32,000 bases of DNA from Pseudomonas aeruginosa (GTDB lineage: Bacteria > Pseudomonadota > Gammaproteobacteria > Pseudomonadales > Pseudomonadaceae), in assembly GCF_001457615.1 (NCBI RefSeq), contig NZ_LN831024.1:3090001-3122000 (forward strand). The letters run 5' to 3'. Position 1 is the first letter of the stretch. Each line of letters begins with the position of its first letter. Below are positions 16,004 through 24,562 of this stretch, piece after piece. The notes beneath the pieces were generated by a model. That model ran no database searches. It saw only the letters and a list, made by a program, of their open reading frames with translations, and was not told where the DNA came from. Both the position numbers and the translations under genes were made by a program.

Positions 16004-17170
16004 ATGCGCGCCCTCACCTTCCACGGCAGCCACGATGTCCGTATCGATCGGGTTGCCGAACCGCGCCTGCAGGAACCCGACGACCTGCTGCTTCGCGTGA
16101 CCGCCACCGCCATCTGCGGCTCCGACCTACATCTCTACCGGGGCAAGATCCCGATGGTCGAGCAGGGCGACATCCTCGGCCACGAGTTCATGGGCGTCGT
16201 CGAGGAAGTCGGCTCGGCCGTGACCGCGGTGCGTCCGGGCGACCGGGTGGTGGTGCCCTTCGTCATCGCCTGCGGCGAGTGCTTCTTCTGCCGCCTGAAC
16301 CTGCACGCCGCCTGCGAGACCACCAACCCGGGGCGCGGCGCGATCCTCAACAAGAAGCAGATTCCGCCGGGCGCGGCGCTCTATGGCTACAGCCACCTGT
16401 ACGGCGGCGTGCCGGGTGGCCAGGCCGAATACGTTCGGGTGCCCAAGGCCAACAGCGGGCCTTTCGTGATTCCCGACGTAATGGAAGACGAACGCGTGCT
16501 GTTCCTCAGCGACATCCTCCCCACCGGCTACCAGGCGGTGCGCAATGCCGGCGTCCGCCAGGGCAGTAGCGTGGCGATCTACGGCGCCGGCCCGGTCGGC
16601 CTGATGGCCGCCGCCTGCGCGCGGATGTTGGGCGCCGAGCGGATCTTCATCGTCGACCACCATCCCTACCGGCTGGACTTCGCCGCGCGCTCCTACGGTG
16701 CGATTCCCATCGACTTCGACCAGGAGGACGATCCCGCCGCGGCGATCATCGAGCGCACCGACGGGCACCGCGGCGTCGACGCGGTGATCGACGCGGTGGG
16801 CTTCGAGGCCAAGGGCAGCGTCACCGAAACCGTGCTCACCGCGCTCAAGCTCGAAGCCAGCAGCGGCAAGGCACTACGCCAGTGCATCGCGGCTGTCCGG
16901 CGGGGTGGCACAGTGAGCGTGCCGGGCGTGTATGCCGGCTTCATCCATGGCTTCCTGTTCGGCGATGCCTTCGACAAGGGCTTGACCTTCAAGATGGGCC
17001 AGACCCATGTACAGGCACTGCTGCCGGCCTTGCTCGAACACATCGGCAACGGCGACCTGCATCCCGAGGCGATCATCAGCCACCGCCTGCGTCTGGACGA
17101 CGCACCGGAGGGCTACGCCCTGTTCGACGAAAAACGCGAGGATTGCCGCAAGGTCGTCCTGCGCCCATGA
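16004..17170 (+). CDS. Zn-dependent alcohol / glutathione-independent formaldehyde dehydrogenase-like enzyme
   Basis: 388 aa from ATG 16004 after CAGGAG. Motifs: [18 protein letters not shown], structural-Zn [15 protein letters not shown] and Rossmann IYGAGPVGL. Confidence 0.9.
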   Translation: MRALTFHGSHDVRIDRVAEPRLQEPDDLLLRVTATAICGSDLHLYRGKIPMVEQGDILGHEFMGVVEEVGSAVTAVRPGDRVVVPFVIACGECFFCRLNLHAACETTNPGRGAILNKKQIPPGAALYGYSHLYGGVPGGQAEYVRVPKANSGPFVIPDVMEDERVLFLSDILPTGYQAVRNAGVRQGSSVAIYGAGPVGLMAAACARMLGAERIFIVDHHPYRLDFAARSYGAIPIDFDQEDDPAAAIIERTDGHRGVDAVIDAVGFEAKGSVTETVLTALKLEASSGKALRQCIAAVRRGGTVSVPGVYAGFIHGFLFGDAFDKGLTFKMGQTHVQALLPALLEHIGNGDLHPEAIISHRLRLDDAPEGYALFDEKREDCRKVVLRP

Positions 17171-17189
17171 GCCATCGCGGCGCGGCGGT

Positions 17190-17615
17190 TCAGTCGGCGC
17201 GCCGTCGCTCCTCGCCGCATCCGCACTGGCGCTCTTCCTCGGCGGCGACGCTTTCCGGCGTCTCGCCGTCCTGCTCGCCCATGTGCTGGTAGCGCTGACG
17301 CAGTTCGCGAAGGGTATCGGCGTCCAGGTCGTCCAGACCGAGCAGCGCATTGTGGGCACGTCGGGTGCTGCGCAACAGTTCGTCGATCTTGATATGCAGC
17401 GCGTCGGTATCGCGGTTCTGGGTGTTCTGGATGAGGAAGACCATGAGGAAGGTGACAATGGTGGTCGAGGTATTGATCACCAGTTGCCAGGTATCGTTGA
17501 AGTCGAAGAACGGCCCGCTGATCGCCCACAACAGGATCAATCCGAGGGCAACGACGAAGGTTGGCGGGCGGCCGGCCCAGTTGGACAGGCGTTGGGCGAA
17601 ACGGGAAAAACTCAT
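17190..17615 (-). CDS. Low-affinity iron permease family membrane protein
   Basis: 141 aa. The core FNDTWQLVINTSTTIVTFLMVFLIQNTQNRDTDALHIKIDELL is the family's conserved core. Confidence 0.75.
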   Translation of the reverse strand: MSFSRFAQRLSNWAGRPPTFVVALGLILLWAISGPFFDFNDTWQLVINTSTTIVTFLMVFLIQNTQNRDTDALHIKIDELLRSTRRAHNALLGLDDLDADTLRELRQRYQHMGEQDGETPESVAAEEERQCGCGEERRRAD

Positions 17616-17693
17616 GGCGGCGGACTCCCTGCTGCATTCTCCCTACTGATGACCGCCCGCCCCGCCGGGCTTTCCAACGACCGGACGAAATGA

Positions 17694-17714
17694 CCGGCGC
17701 CCTGCGGGCGCCGG
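17694..17714 (-). terminator. Hairpin immediately after the small ORF downstream of katN
   Basis: ccggcgccc-tgc-gggcgccgg, 5 nt after stop 17720-17722 on the minus strand, followed by tcattt. Confidence 0.5.
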
Positions 17715-17719
17715 CGACT

Positions 17720-17890
17720 TCATGCGGGACGACGGGCTTCGCCGGGGCCCGCTACGTCGGGATCGTCCGGGGCGAATTCCGGTTGCGCCTCGCTCGCCTG
17801 GTCGCGCTTGCCCCGCTCGGGACGTAGCGCCGGCGAGTCGGGGCTCAACGGGGTGTTTTCTGTCTCGGGTGTTTCGCGCTTGGCGGTCAT
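17720..17890 (-). CDS. Small hydrophilic, probably disordered protein (56 aa) co-transcribed with katN
   Basis: ATG 17890 lies 7 nt after GAGGAG, giving MTAKRETPETENTPLSPDSPALRPERGKRDQASEAQPEFAPDDPDVAGPGEARRPA. It starts 83 nt after the katN stop and a hairpin follows it. No recognisable domain. Confidence 0.45.
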   Translation of the reverse strand: MTAKRETPETENTPLSPDSPALRPERGKRDQASEAQPEFAPDDPDVAGPGEARRPA

Positions 17891-17973
17891 CTCGAGGCTC
17901 CTCTGCCGTGCCTCCACGCTAAGGTGCCGGGCGTGGAGGCCGGGGCTCGCCCGCCGACGTCGGGCATCCGCGC

Positions 17974-18858
17974 TCAAGGCGCTTTGTCGGCAGCCGCGCC
18001 AGCGCCCAGGTCCGCACCTGTCAGCGGATCGGCCATGGGGTCGGAGCGGGTGCGGTCTGCCATTCGCTGCAACACCTCCTGCTCAGTCTCGGACAGGTTC
18101 ACGCTGGCCGTGCCGTCGCCTCCATCCAGGGCCGGCTGTGGCGCCGCCACGTATTCCCAGCCATCACCCTCGTTCCAGGAACCGCGCGTGTCGCCCTCGC
18201 CGCGCGACATGTTCAGGTAACGCCGGACGAACTCCGGCATCCCTTGCAGCTTGCCTTGCGGGAAGTTCGGCTGGATCGAGTGCAGGGCCTTTTCGAAGGA
18301 AAGCTGGTGCGCCAGCTCGCGGGTCATGAGGAAGGTCAGCGCATCCTTGATGCCGGGATCGTCGGTGAGGTTGATCAGTCGTTCGTAAACGATCTTCGCA
18401 CGCGCCTCGGCGGCGATGTTGGAACGCAGGTCCGCGGTCGGCTCGCCGATGGTATCGATGTAGGCCGCGCTCCAGGGTACGCCACCGGAGTTCACCAGGG
18501 CGGGCCCGCCGCCGTAAAGCAGCGAGGTGATATGCGAGTCGTTGCCGCCTCCGGTCAACGAACGGTACAGCTCGGCCTCCTCCTCCACCGCTTCGGCCAG
18601 ACGCCCCTTGGCGCCCTTGTTGAGCATGCCGACGATCGAACCGATGATTTCCAGGTGGCTGAGTTCCTCGGTGGCGATGTCCATCAGCAGGTCCTTGCGA
18701 CCGGGATCGCACTCGCCGAGGCCCTGGGTGAAATAGCGCATGGCGGCGGCCAGCTCGCCCTGCGGCCCGCCGAACTGCTCCAGCAGCAGGTTGGCCAGGC
18801 CAGGATCGGGCGCGGCGACCCTGACGGTGTACTGCAGTCGCTTGTCATGTACGAACAT
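17974..18858 (-). CDS. katN: Manganese (non-heme) catalase
   Basis: 294 aa from ATG 18858. MFVHDKRLQYTVRV..LLEQFGGPQGELAAAMRYFTQ..EELSHLE..MTRELAHQ is the Mn-catalase di-metal ligand pattern. Confidence 0.93.
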   Translation of the reverse strand: MFVHDKRLQYTVRVAAPDPGLANLLLEQFGGPQGELAAAMRYFTQGLGECDPGRKDLLMDIATEELSHLEIIGSIVGMLNKGAKGRLAEAVEEEAELYRSLTGGGNDSHITSLLYGGGPALVNSGGVPWSAAYIDTIGEPTADLRSNIAAEARAKIVYERLINLTDDPGIKDALTFLMTRELAHQLSFEKALHSIQPNFPQGKLQGMPEFVRRYLNMSRGEGDTRGSWNEGDGWEYVAAPQPALDGGDGTASVNLSETEQEVLQRMADRTRSDPMADPLTGADLGAGAAADKAP

Positions 18859-19111
18859 GGTTCGTTCCTCTGTGGGTTCGTGGACCTTCCCTCCGACGGA
18901 CATTCGAACAACGGCTATTCGAAGCGGCGCTTTCATCCTGCGCACGGAAGCTCGGAATCCCGCAGCGGGCGATGGTTCAGAACTTTTCCCCAACGCGTCT
19001 CGCCTGGCGCAACGGCGCCGCTGCGCTGACTGCTACCGGTCGGAAAAGAAACTGAACGCTGCGCCCGGCGGCCACCTCTGAGCAGACACATACACACCGA
19101 GGAGAACCGCG

Positions 19112-19621
19112 ATGACGAGCAAACAGGAAAACCTGCTGGACTGGCTGCGCGATGCCCACGCCATGGAGCAACAGGCCGAGCAGATGCTGAAAGCGCAAGC
19201 CGCGCGGCTGGAACACTATCCGCAACTGAAGACGCGGATCGAACAGCACATCGAGGAAACCCATGGCCAGCAGCGTCTGCTCGAGGAGTGTCTGAAGCGC
19301 CTGGACAGCAGTCCGTCGACGCTGAAGGACATCGGCGCCAAGCTGATGGCCTTCGGCCAGGCGGTGGCTGGCATGACAGTCAGCGACGAAGTGGTCAAGG
19401 GCGCCATGAGCGGCTATGTGTTCGAAAACATGGAGATCGCCGCCTACACCGTGCTGATCGCCGCCGCCCGCGAGGTCGGCGACGCCGAAACCCTTGCCGC
19501 GCTGGAACGCATCCTGCCCCAGGAACAAGCCATGGCGGACTGGTTGCGCGACCATCTGCCGGAACTCACCCAGGCCTTCCTTGCCCGCGACTCTCAGCCG
19601 GACACCGAGGCCAAGCGATGA
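19112..19621 (+). CDS. YciE/YciF-like ferritin-fold stress protein (DUF892)
   Basis: 169 aa after GAGGAG. LLDWLRDAHAMEQQAEQML..IEQHIEETHGQQRLLEECL. Divergent from katN. Confidence 0.85.
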   Translation: MTSKQENLLDWLRDAHAMEQQAEQMLKAQAARLEHYPQLKTRIEQHIEETHGQQRLLEECLKRLDSSPSTLKDIGAKLMAFGQAVAGMTVSDEVVKGAMSGYVFENMEIAAYTVLIAAAREVGDAETLAALERILPQEQAMADWLRDHLPELTQAFLARDSQPDTEAKR

Positions 19622-19902
19622 ACCCAAGGGTGATCGGGGCGTGCTGCGGGCGATCGGACCCGCAGGCGCCCCTGCTCAAGACCCTGACTTTCGCCATACT
19701 GCACTTCAGCATCGCCTTCGGCGTGGCCTACACGCTGACCGGCTCGGTGCTGACCGGCGGCCTGATCGCGCTGATCGAACCCAGTTGCAACACCGTGGCG
19801 TTCTATTTCCACGAGCGTGTCTGGCAGCGCTTCGGCGCCCGGCCGCGCCGGGAGAGCGGACACGGCCACGGCAATCTGGTGCCGTCGGAACGCCGCGACT
19901 GA
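19618..19902 (+). CDS. DUF2061-type small membrane protein
   Basis: 94 aa. Its ATG overlaps the upstream stop as ATGA. LLKTLTFAILHFSIAFGVAYTLTG..NTVAFYFHERVW matches the DUF2061 pattern as I recall it. Confidence 0.7.
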   Translation: MNPRVIGACCGRSDPQAPLLKTLTFAILHFSIAFGVAYTLTGSVLTGGLIALIEPSCNTVAFYFHERVWQRFGARPRRESGHGHGNLVPSERRD

Positions 19903-20195
19903 GCCGGCGCGCTTCGAGGGCGACGAAAGCCGCCATCGGGCGCAGCAAGCCGGTGGTTCGAGGAGCGACGAGGGTCTCGCGTGTCCGTAGGCGCGTCTCC
20001 TTGGAAAGAAGATTTCCTGGCCTCACCCGCGTTTCGGCAATTCCGTCGAAATCGTCGGTTCGCGATGGAGAAAGCGAGGCCTTTGCCGTTTCGTTTCGCC
20101 TGCCTGGAAGAGGCGCCCGTCCATCGTTGCATGTTTCGCTCGCGGGTATCGTCGCGGCTAAGGTCAGAGTAACGATCCACCCTGGAGTATCAGCC

Positions 20196-20465
20196 ATGAC
20201 TACGCCCCGCATGATTGCCAACAGTTTCCGAAATTACCTGGCTGGCTACGACTGCCTGGTTTCCATCAGCGATACCCATGAAGTCACCTTGCAATTCAGC
20301 AGCCATGTCAATCCGCAAGAAAACATCACCATTCCAGGAGTCGCCCTCGATCTCCTGGCCAGTGACGAGGCGGTACGCCGGATGAGCGAAGTCCTTCACG
20401 ACGAGTTCGCCCTGCTCCTCGCCGGTGCCCGCCGTACGCCGCGGATCGGGCGCGCCTGTTCCTGA
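20196..20465 (+). CDS. Small hypothetical protein, DUF1652-like (paralog of 28636-28899)
   Basis: 89 aa, ATG 20196 after CTGGAG, high GC3. It shares an architecture with the 28636 ORF (..DC.....VT(L/I)....(I/V)(P)..... acidic/amphipathic tail). The family assignment is tentative. Confidence 0.6.
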   Translation: MTTPRMIANSFRNYLAGYDCLVSISDTHEVTLQFSSHVNPQENITIPGVALDLLASDEAVRRMSEVLHDEFALLLAGARRTPRIGRACS

Positions 20466-20566
20466 CCGGCCCGGCTCAGTGATAGCCGGCATCGGCGCTC
20501 TTGCCGCGAAATACGTAGTAGCTGCAGGCGGTGTAGCCGAGGATGAAGGGAATGATGAACGGCGCG

Positions 20567-21700
20567 CTAGCCGGCCAAGGCCGGCTGGAGATTTTCCTCC
20601 AGCAGCTCCTCCACCAGCCGGTGCAGTGCCGGATGGCGCTCCTGGCCCGCTTCGCGCAACCTCCGGTAACGCCGCAACTGGCGGGCGGCGGAGGTCTCTT
20701 CGAGTAACCCGCAGGCATGCTGGTAGGCCCATTCGTTGCCCTGGCGGGCCTGCGGCCGGCACTGTCGCCAGGCCATTTCCAGCCAGTCCCCGGCACCTAC
20801 GCAGCGGCCATCGACGAGATAGCGGCCGGCGCAGCCGTAACGCAGCGCCTGCCAGTAGTTTTCCTCCAGGCAGGCGTCGCGCGCGACCGGCAACGCATGC
20901 GGGCCCGCGCCCAGCGCTTCGCCCACCAGCGCCCTGAACAGCCCGGCCAGGCTCAGCGCGTCGGCCAGGCGCGGGCAGGCGTCGCAGATACGCAGCTCCA
21001 GGGTCGGCACATGGGATGACGGCCGGATCATCCACCAGACCTGGCCATCCTCGCGGATGCAGCCGGTCTCGCGCAGCAGCGCCAGGTGGCGGCGATAGGC
21101 GTCCTCGTCGGGCAAGGCAGGAGGAATGTTCATCCTCGGCCACTCTCCGCAGAGTGCCCGTCGATAGCTCGCCAGGCCGCTGCGCCGGCCGCCGCGGAAC
21201 GGCGAGGATGCGCTCAACGCCAGCAGCAGCGGCAGCCACGGCAACACGCGCTGGAGCACAGCCATGCGGTCGTGGCTCGGCGGTATCTCCACATGCACGT
21301 GCAGGCCGCAGACCAGGCTGCGCCGGGCCACCCGCCCCTGGTCCTCGAACAGGCGGGCGAAGTGCGCCGCCGGGTTGCTTCGCGCCCGCCGCCAGTCGGC
21401 GAAGGGGTGGGTGCCGACGCAGAGCGAGCGCAGGCCGAATTCCATGGCCAGATGCGCCAGGCGTTGCCGGGCCTGACCGTGGAAGCGCGCGGCCTCGGCC
21501 AGGGTGGAGAACACCGGGCTGGCCACCTCGACCTGGCATTCGAACATCTCCTCGGCGAAATGCTCGCCGAGCGTGTCACGGCAGGCCGCGACGAATCCGG
21601 CGGGGGCGGAGCGGACGATGTCCAGGTCGGAGGCATCGAGCAGGAAGAATTCTTCCTCGATGCCGAAGCGAAGGCCGCTGGCGGCCAGGTCGTGGGTCAT
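20567..21700 (-). CDS. Carboxylate-amine ligase, GCS2 family (YbdK-like)
   Basis: 377 aa from ATG 21700. FGIEEEFFLLD, ECQVEVAS and GLHVHVE are hallmarks of glutamate-cysteine ligase family 2. Confidence 0.85.
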   Translation of the reverse strand: MTHDLAASGLRFGIEEEFFLLDASDLDIVRSAPAGFVAACRDTLGEHFAEEMFECQVEVASPVFSTLAEAARFHGQARQRLAHLAMEFGLRSLCVGTHPFADWRRARSNPAAHFARLFEDQGRVARRSLVCGLHVHVEIPPSHDRMAVLQRVLPWLPLLLALSASSPFRGGRRSGLASYRRALCGEWPRMNIPPALPDEDAYRRHLALLRETGCIREDGQVWWMIRPSSHVPTLELRICDACPRLADALSLAGLFRALVGEALGAGPHALPVARDACLEENYWQALRYGCAGRYLVDGRCVGAGDWLEMAWRQCRPQARQGNEWAYQHACGLLEETSAARQLRRYRRLREAGQERHPALHRLVEELLEENLQPALAG

Positions 21701-21885
21701 CGGCGCAGCTCCCGGGGATTGTCTCGGGAAGACGCCGGAGTGCCGTCGAGGTTCGTTTTTTCCGCCGTGAGGTTCCCCGGCGCGCCGCCGATCCTGCCAG
21801 TGAAACCTTTTTCCCCTGGTGTCACTCGCACCCATATGTGTGGTCGCCCCGGCCGCCCCCGCAAACCCACGACAAGGAACGCGAC

Positions 21886-23262
21886 ATGAGCCTGTCTTCG
21901 CCCCTCCCTGCCTCCAGTGCAAGCCCTTCGCCCAGGGTCCGCGACCTGTACCACGCCCTGCTCGACGAGCCCCGCGAGCACCTCGAAGCCGCCGGCGAGT
22001 TCCTCGACCAGCAATTGAGCCTGGCCGCCACCCATGACGACGACCTGCCGGAGGACCCCGCCGATTGGCCGGCCTGGCTCGACGCCGGGGCCCGGCGCAC
22101 CGCCGAGGCGCATGCCGAATACCTCCGGGCACGTCGGCGCGGCGAAGGGCGACGCTACTTCCAGGTTCCCTCCCAGGCGATGCACTTCATTCGCAGCGTG
22201 GCCCCGACCAAGCTGGTCGACGGCGCCTGGCTCTATGGGCTGTTGCCGCATCATGGCGAGGAACGCCTGCGGCCGCTGCTGGAGACCTTCCTCGAAGAAC
22301 TCGGCGACGGCGTCCCGGCACGCAACCACGTCCTGCTCTACCGGCGCCTGCTGGCCAGCATCGGCAGCGAGGAAGTCGAAGGCCTCAGCGACCTCCACTA
22401 CCTGCAGGGCACCCAGCAACTCGCCCTCGGCCACCTCGCCGCGGACTACCTGCCCGAAGTGATCGGCTACAACCTCGGCTACGAGCAACCGCCGCTGCAC
22501 CTGTTGATCACCACTCAGGAGCTGCGCGAGCTGGGCTTCGACCCCTACTACTTCCAGTTGCACGTGACCATCGACAACGCCGCCAGCGGGCATGCGCGCA
22601 AGGCCCTGCGCGCGCTCTACGACAACCTGCCGCAGCTTGGCGGGCGCGCGGCCTTCCTCGAACGGGTGAGGAACGGCTACCGCCTGAACGAGGTCGGCCT
22701 GAGCACTACGCAGGTAATCGACGGCTTCGATCTCGAGGAAGAATTGCTGGCCATGTTCGAGCGCAAGCGCCCCTACGCCGCCGGGATGCATTCGGATCGT
22801 TGCCGGATCGGCGGGCGCACGGTGAACCAGTGGCTGGCGGTGCCCGGGCGGTTCTCGGCGTTTCTCGCCTGCCTGGAGGAAGAGGGCTGGATCCGGCGTC
22901 ATGCCGATCCGCGCGGCAGCCGCTTCTGGAACCTGATCGAGGGCGACCGGGCGGCAATGTTCGGAGTCTTCACTCCCTACGAGCAGCAGTTGCTGTACGA
23001 CTGGATCGCTGGCGACTGGCAAGCACCCGCTCCGGCGGACAGGGACCCGCTTGCACCGCTGGCGGAGCCGGCGACGGCGGGCGGAGACGTGGACGCCGAG
23101 CAGGTCGCGCTGCGGCGCGAGCTGCTGCGGCTATCCTCCGAGCAGGGCGTGGCACGCCTTCTCGAACTGATGGCCCCGCACCTCCACCACGGGCCCGCCG
23201 GTCTCCTTGCCACGCGGATGTTCAGCCAGCGCTGGAGGGCCGCCCATGCCCAGCCTGCATGA
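21886..23262 (+). CDS. Heme-oxygenase-like diiron oxidase/oxygenase family protein (iron-containing redox enzyme)
   Basis: 458 aa from ATG 21886 after AAGGAA. Candidate six-ligand set: LEELGDG..ARNH (E..H), NLGYEQ (E), QLHVTIDNAASGHA (H..D..H), plus DGAWLYG, as in PF14518-type enzymes. Recognised by motif only. Confidence 0.7.
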   Translation: MSLSSPLPASSASPSPRVRDLYHALLDEPREHLEAAGEFLDQQLSLAATHDDDLPEDPADWPAWLDAGARRTAEAHAEYLRARRRGEGRRYFQVPSQAMHFIRSVAPTKLVDGAWLYGLLPHHGEERLRPLLETFLEELGDGVPARNHVLLYRRLLASIGSEEVEGLSDLHYLQGTQQLALGHLAADYLPEVIGYNLGYEQPPLHLLITTQELRELGFDPYYFQLHVTIDNAASGHARKALRALYDNLPQLGGRAAFLERVRNGYRLNEVGLSTTQVIDGFDLEEELLAMFERKRPYAAGMHSDRCRIGGRTVNQWLAVPGRFSAFLACLEEEGWIRRHADPRGSRFWNLIEGDRAAMFGVFTPYEQQLLYDWIAGDWQAPAPADRDPLAPLAEPATAGGDVDAEQVALRRELLRLSSEQGVARLLELMAPHLHHGPAGLLATRMFSQRWRAAHAQPA

Positions 23263-24196
23263 TCCGCGCCTGGACGTCCTGGTCAGCCTCGGCAACTGGT
23301 TGCGAGGCCAGGACTACCGTTTCGTCACCGTCACCCCGGCTACCCATGAGCGCGTCAACGCCCGCCCGGAAAACCGCATGGCCCGGGACCTGGCCGGCAT
23401 CTTCGGCTGGAGCCGGGCATTCGCCGGGGAAAGCCTGCCGGCCGACTGGCTGACCCTTCTTGCCGGCGCCGACCTGATCCGCCGCGAGGCGGACGGCTGG
23501 CGCAGCCAGGTGCGCGTCTCCAGCCTCGGCGAGCAACTGTTCGTCCATTCGGCCTTCCCTACCCTGGCCGCCGACGCGGTGTTCTTCGGCCCCGACACCT
23601 ACCGCTTCGACCGGCTGATCCGCAGCCACCTGGCATCGTCCGATCCGGCACGCATCCGCCGTGCGGCGGATATCGGCTGCGGCGCCGGCCCCGGCGCGAT
23701 CCGCATCGCCATGGCCTGCCCGGACGCCGAAGTACACGGGCTGGATATCAATCCGGCGGCGCTCGACCTGGCGCGGGTCAACGCGGCGCTGGCGGGGGTC
23801 GGTAACCTGACCCTGGCGCGTAGCGACCTGCTGAGCCAGGCGCCCGGTCGCTTCGACCTGATCGTGGCCAACCCGCCCTATCTCCTGGATGCCTCGGAGC
23901 GCGCCTACCGGCATGGTGGCGGGATGCTCGGCGCCGGGCTCTCGCTGGCAATCGTCGATGCCGCCCTCGAGCGCCTGGAAGCCGGCGGCAGCCTGCTGTT
24001 GTATACCGGGGTGGCGATGGTCGAAGGCGGCGATCCGTTCCTCGCCCGCATCCGCGAACGCCTGGCGTCTCGGGAGTGGGACTGGGACTACCAGGAACTG
24101 GACCCGGACGTGTTCGCCGAAGAGTTGGACAGCCCCGCCTACCGCGAAGCCGAGCGGATCGCCGTGGTCGGCCTGCGGGTCACTCGTCCCGCCTGA
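23246..24196 (+). CDS. Class I SAM-dependent N-methyltransferase with NPPY motif and an unknown ~130-aa N-terminal domain
   Basis: 316 aa from ATG 23246 after GGAGGG, overlapping the upstream gene by 17 nt. Motif I ADIGCGAGPGA, motif II GLDINPAAL, motif IV DLIVANPPYL. Confidence 0.8.
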   Translation: MPSLHDPRLDVLVSLGNWLRGQDYRFVTVTPATHERVNARPENRMARDLAGIFGWSRAFAGESLPADWLTLLAGADLIRREADGWRSQVRVSSLGEQLFVHSAFPTLAADAVFFGPDTYRFDRLIRSHLASSDPARIRRAADIGCGAGPGAIRIAMACPDAEVHGLDINPAALDLARVNAALAGVGNLTLARSDLLSQAPGRFDLIVANPPYLLDASERAYRHGGGMLGAGLSLAIVDAALERLEAGGSLLLYTGVAMVEGGDPFLARIRERLASREWDWDYQELDPDVFAEELDSPAYREAERIAVVGLRVTRPA

Positions 24197-24401
24197 GGCG
24201 CTCCAGGCCTTCCACCAGATCCTCGTTCAGGCGCTGCCAGCGCTCGGCCACCTCGGCCTCGGCCGGAATCACCGCGAGGACCTCGCCATCCACCCACTCC
24301 CAGGGCAGGCACAGGCGTTCCGCCTCGGCCCGGCTGGCGGCGCGCACGGTGCGGGCGAAACGCCGCCAGCCGCGCATGTGCTGGATTTCGTAGGTGGTCA
24401 T
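24180..24401 (-). CDS. Small hypothetical protein (73 aa)
   Basis: ATG 24401 follows GGAGGAG, giving MTTYEIQHMRGWRRFARTV... Its 3' end overlaps the convergent methyltransferase gene by 17 nt. No recognisable domain. Confidence 0.55.
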   Translation of the reverse strand: MTTYEIQHMRGWRRFARTVRAASRAEAERLCLPWEWVDGEVLAVIPAEAEVAERWQRLNEDLVEGLERLRRDE

Positions 24402-24404
24402 GGG

Positions 24405-24456
24405 CTCCTCCGGAAGACAGGGACGTTTGTCTTTCGGCGCTCCCCGCGTCTTCCGG
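24405..24456 (-). promoter_or_regulatory. Leader with two alternative upstream partners for an SD-adjacent segment
   Basis: The plus-strand segment ccggaagaca (24410-24419, abutting the SD complement ctcctcc at 24405-24411) can pair with tgtctttcgg (24428-24437) or with gtcttccgg (24448-24456). Confidence 0.35.
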
Positions 24457-24562
24457 TTCAAGGCCCTGGATGGGCGGTCGCGGACCGCCCGGCACGCCAC
24501 CTGAACCCCCTCGCGCCGGGCCGGTCCAGACTCCTGAACGCCACAGAAAAGAGGTGCCCGTC

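Noticed and set aside
19981-20172. 63-aa GTG-initiated ORF in the leader upstream of the first DUF1652-like gene
   Set aside because: It has no RBS and an Arg/Phe/Ser-rich composition with no motif. It more likely lies within an untranslated leader.
20476-20566. Hydrophobic peptide-like reading frame (..APFIIPFILGYTACSYYVFRGKSADAGYH*) just downstream of the YbdK-like gene, resembling a mini-membrane protein
   Set aside because: There is no ATG/GTG/TTG start in the frame before the hydrophobic segment. Further upstream the frame runs inside the ligase CDS as part of the 106-aa track ORF.
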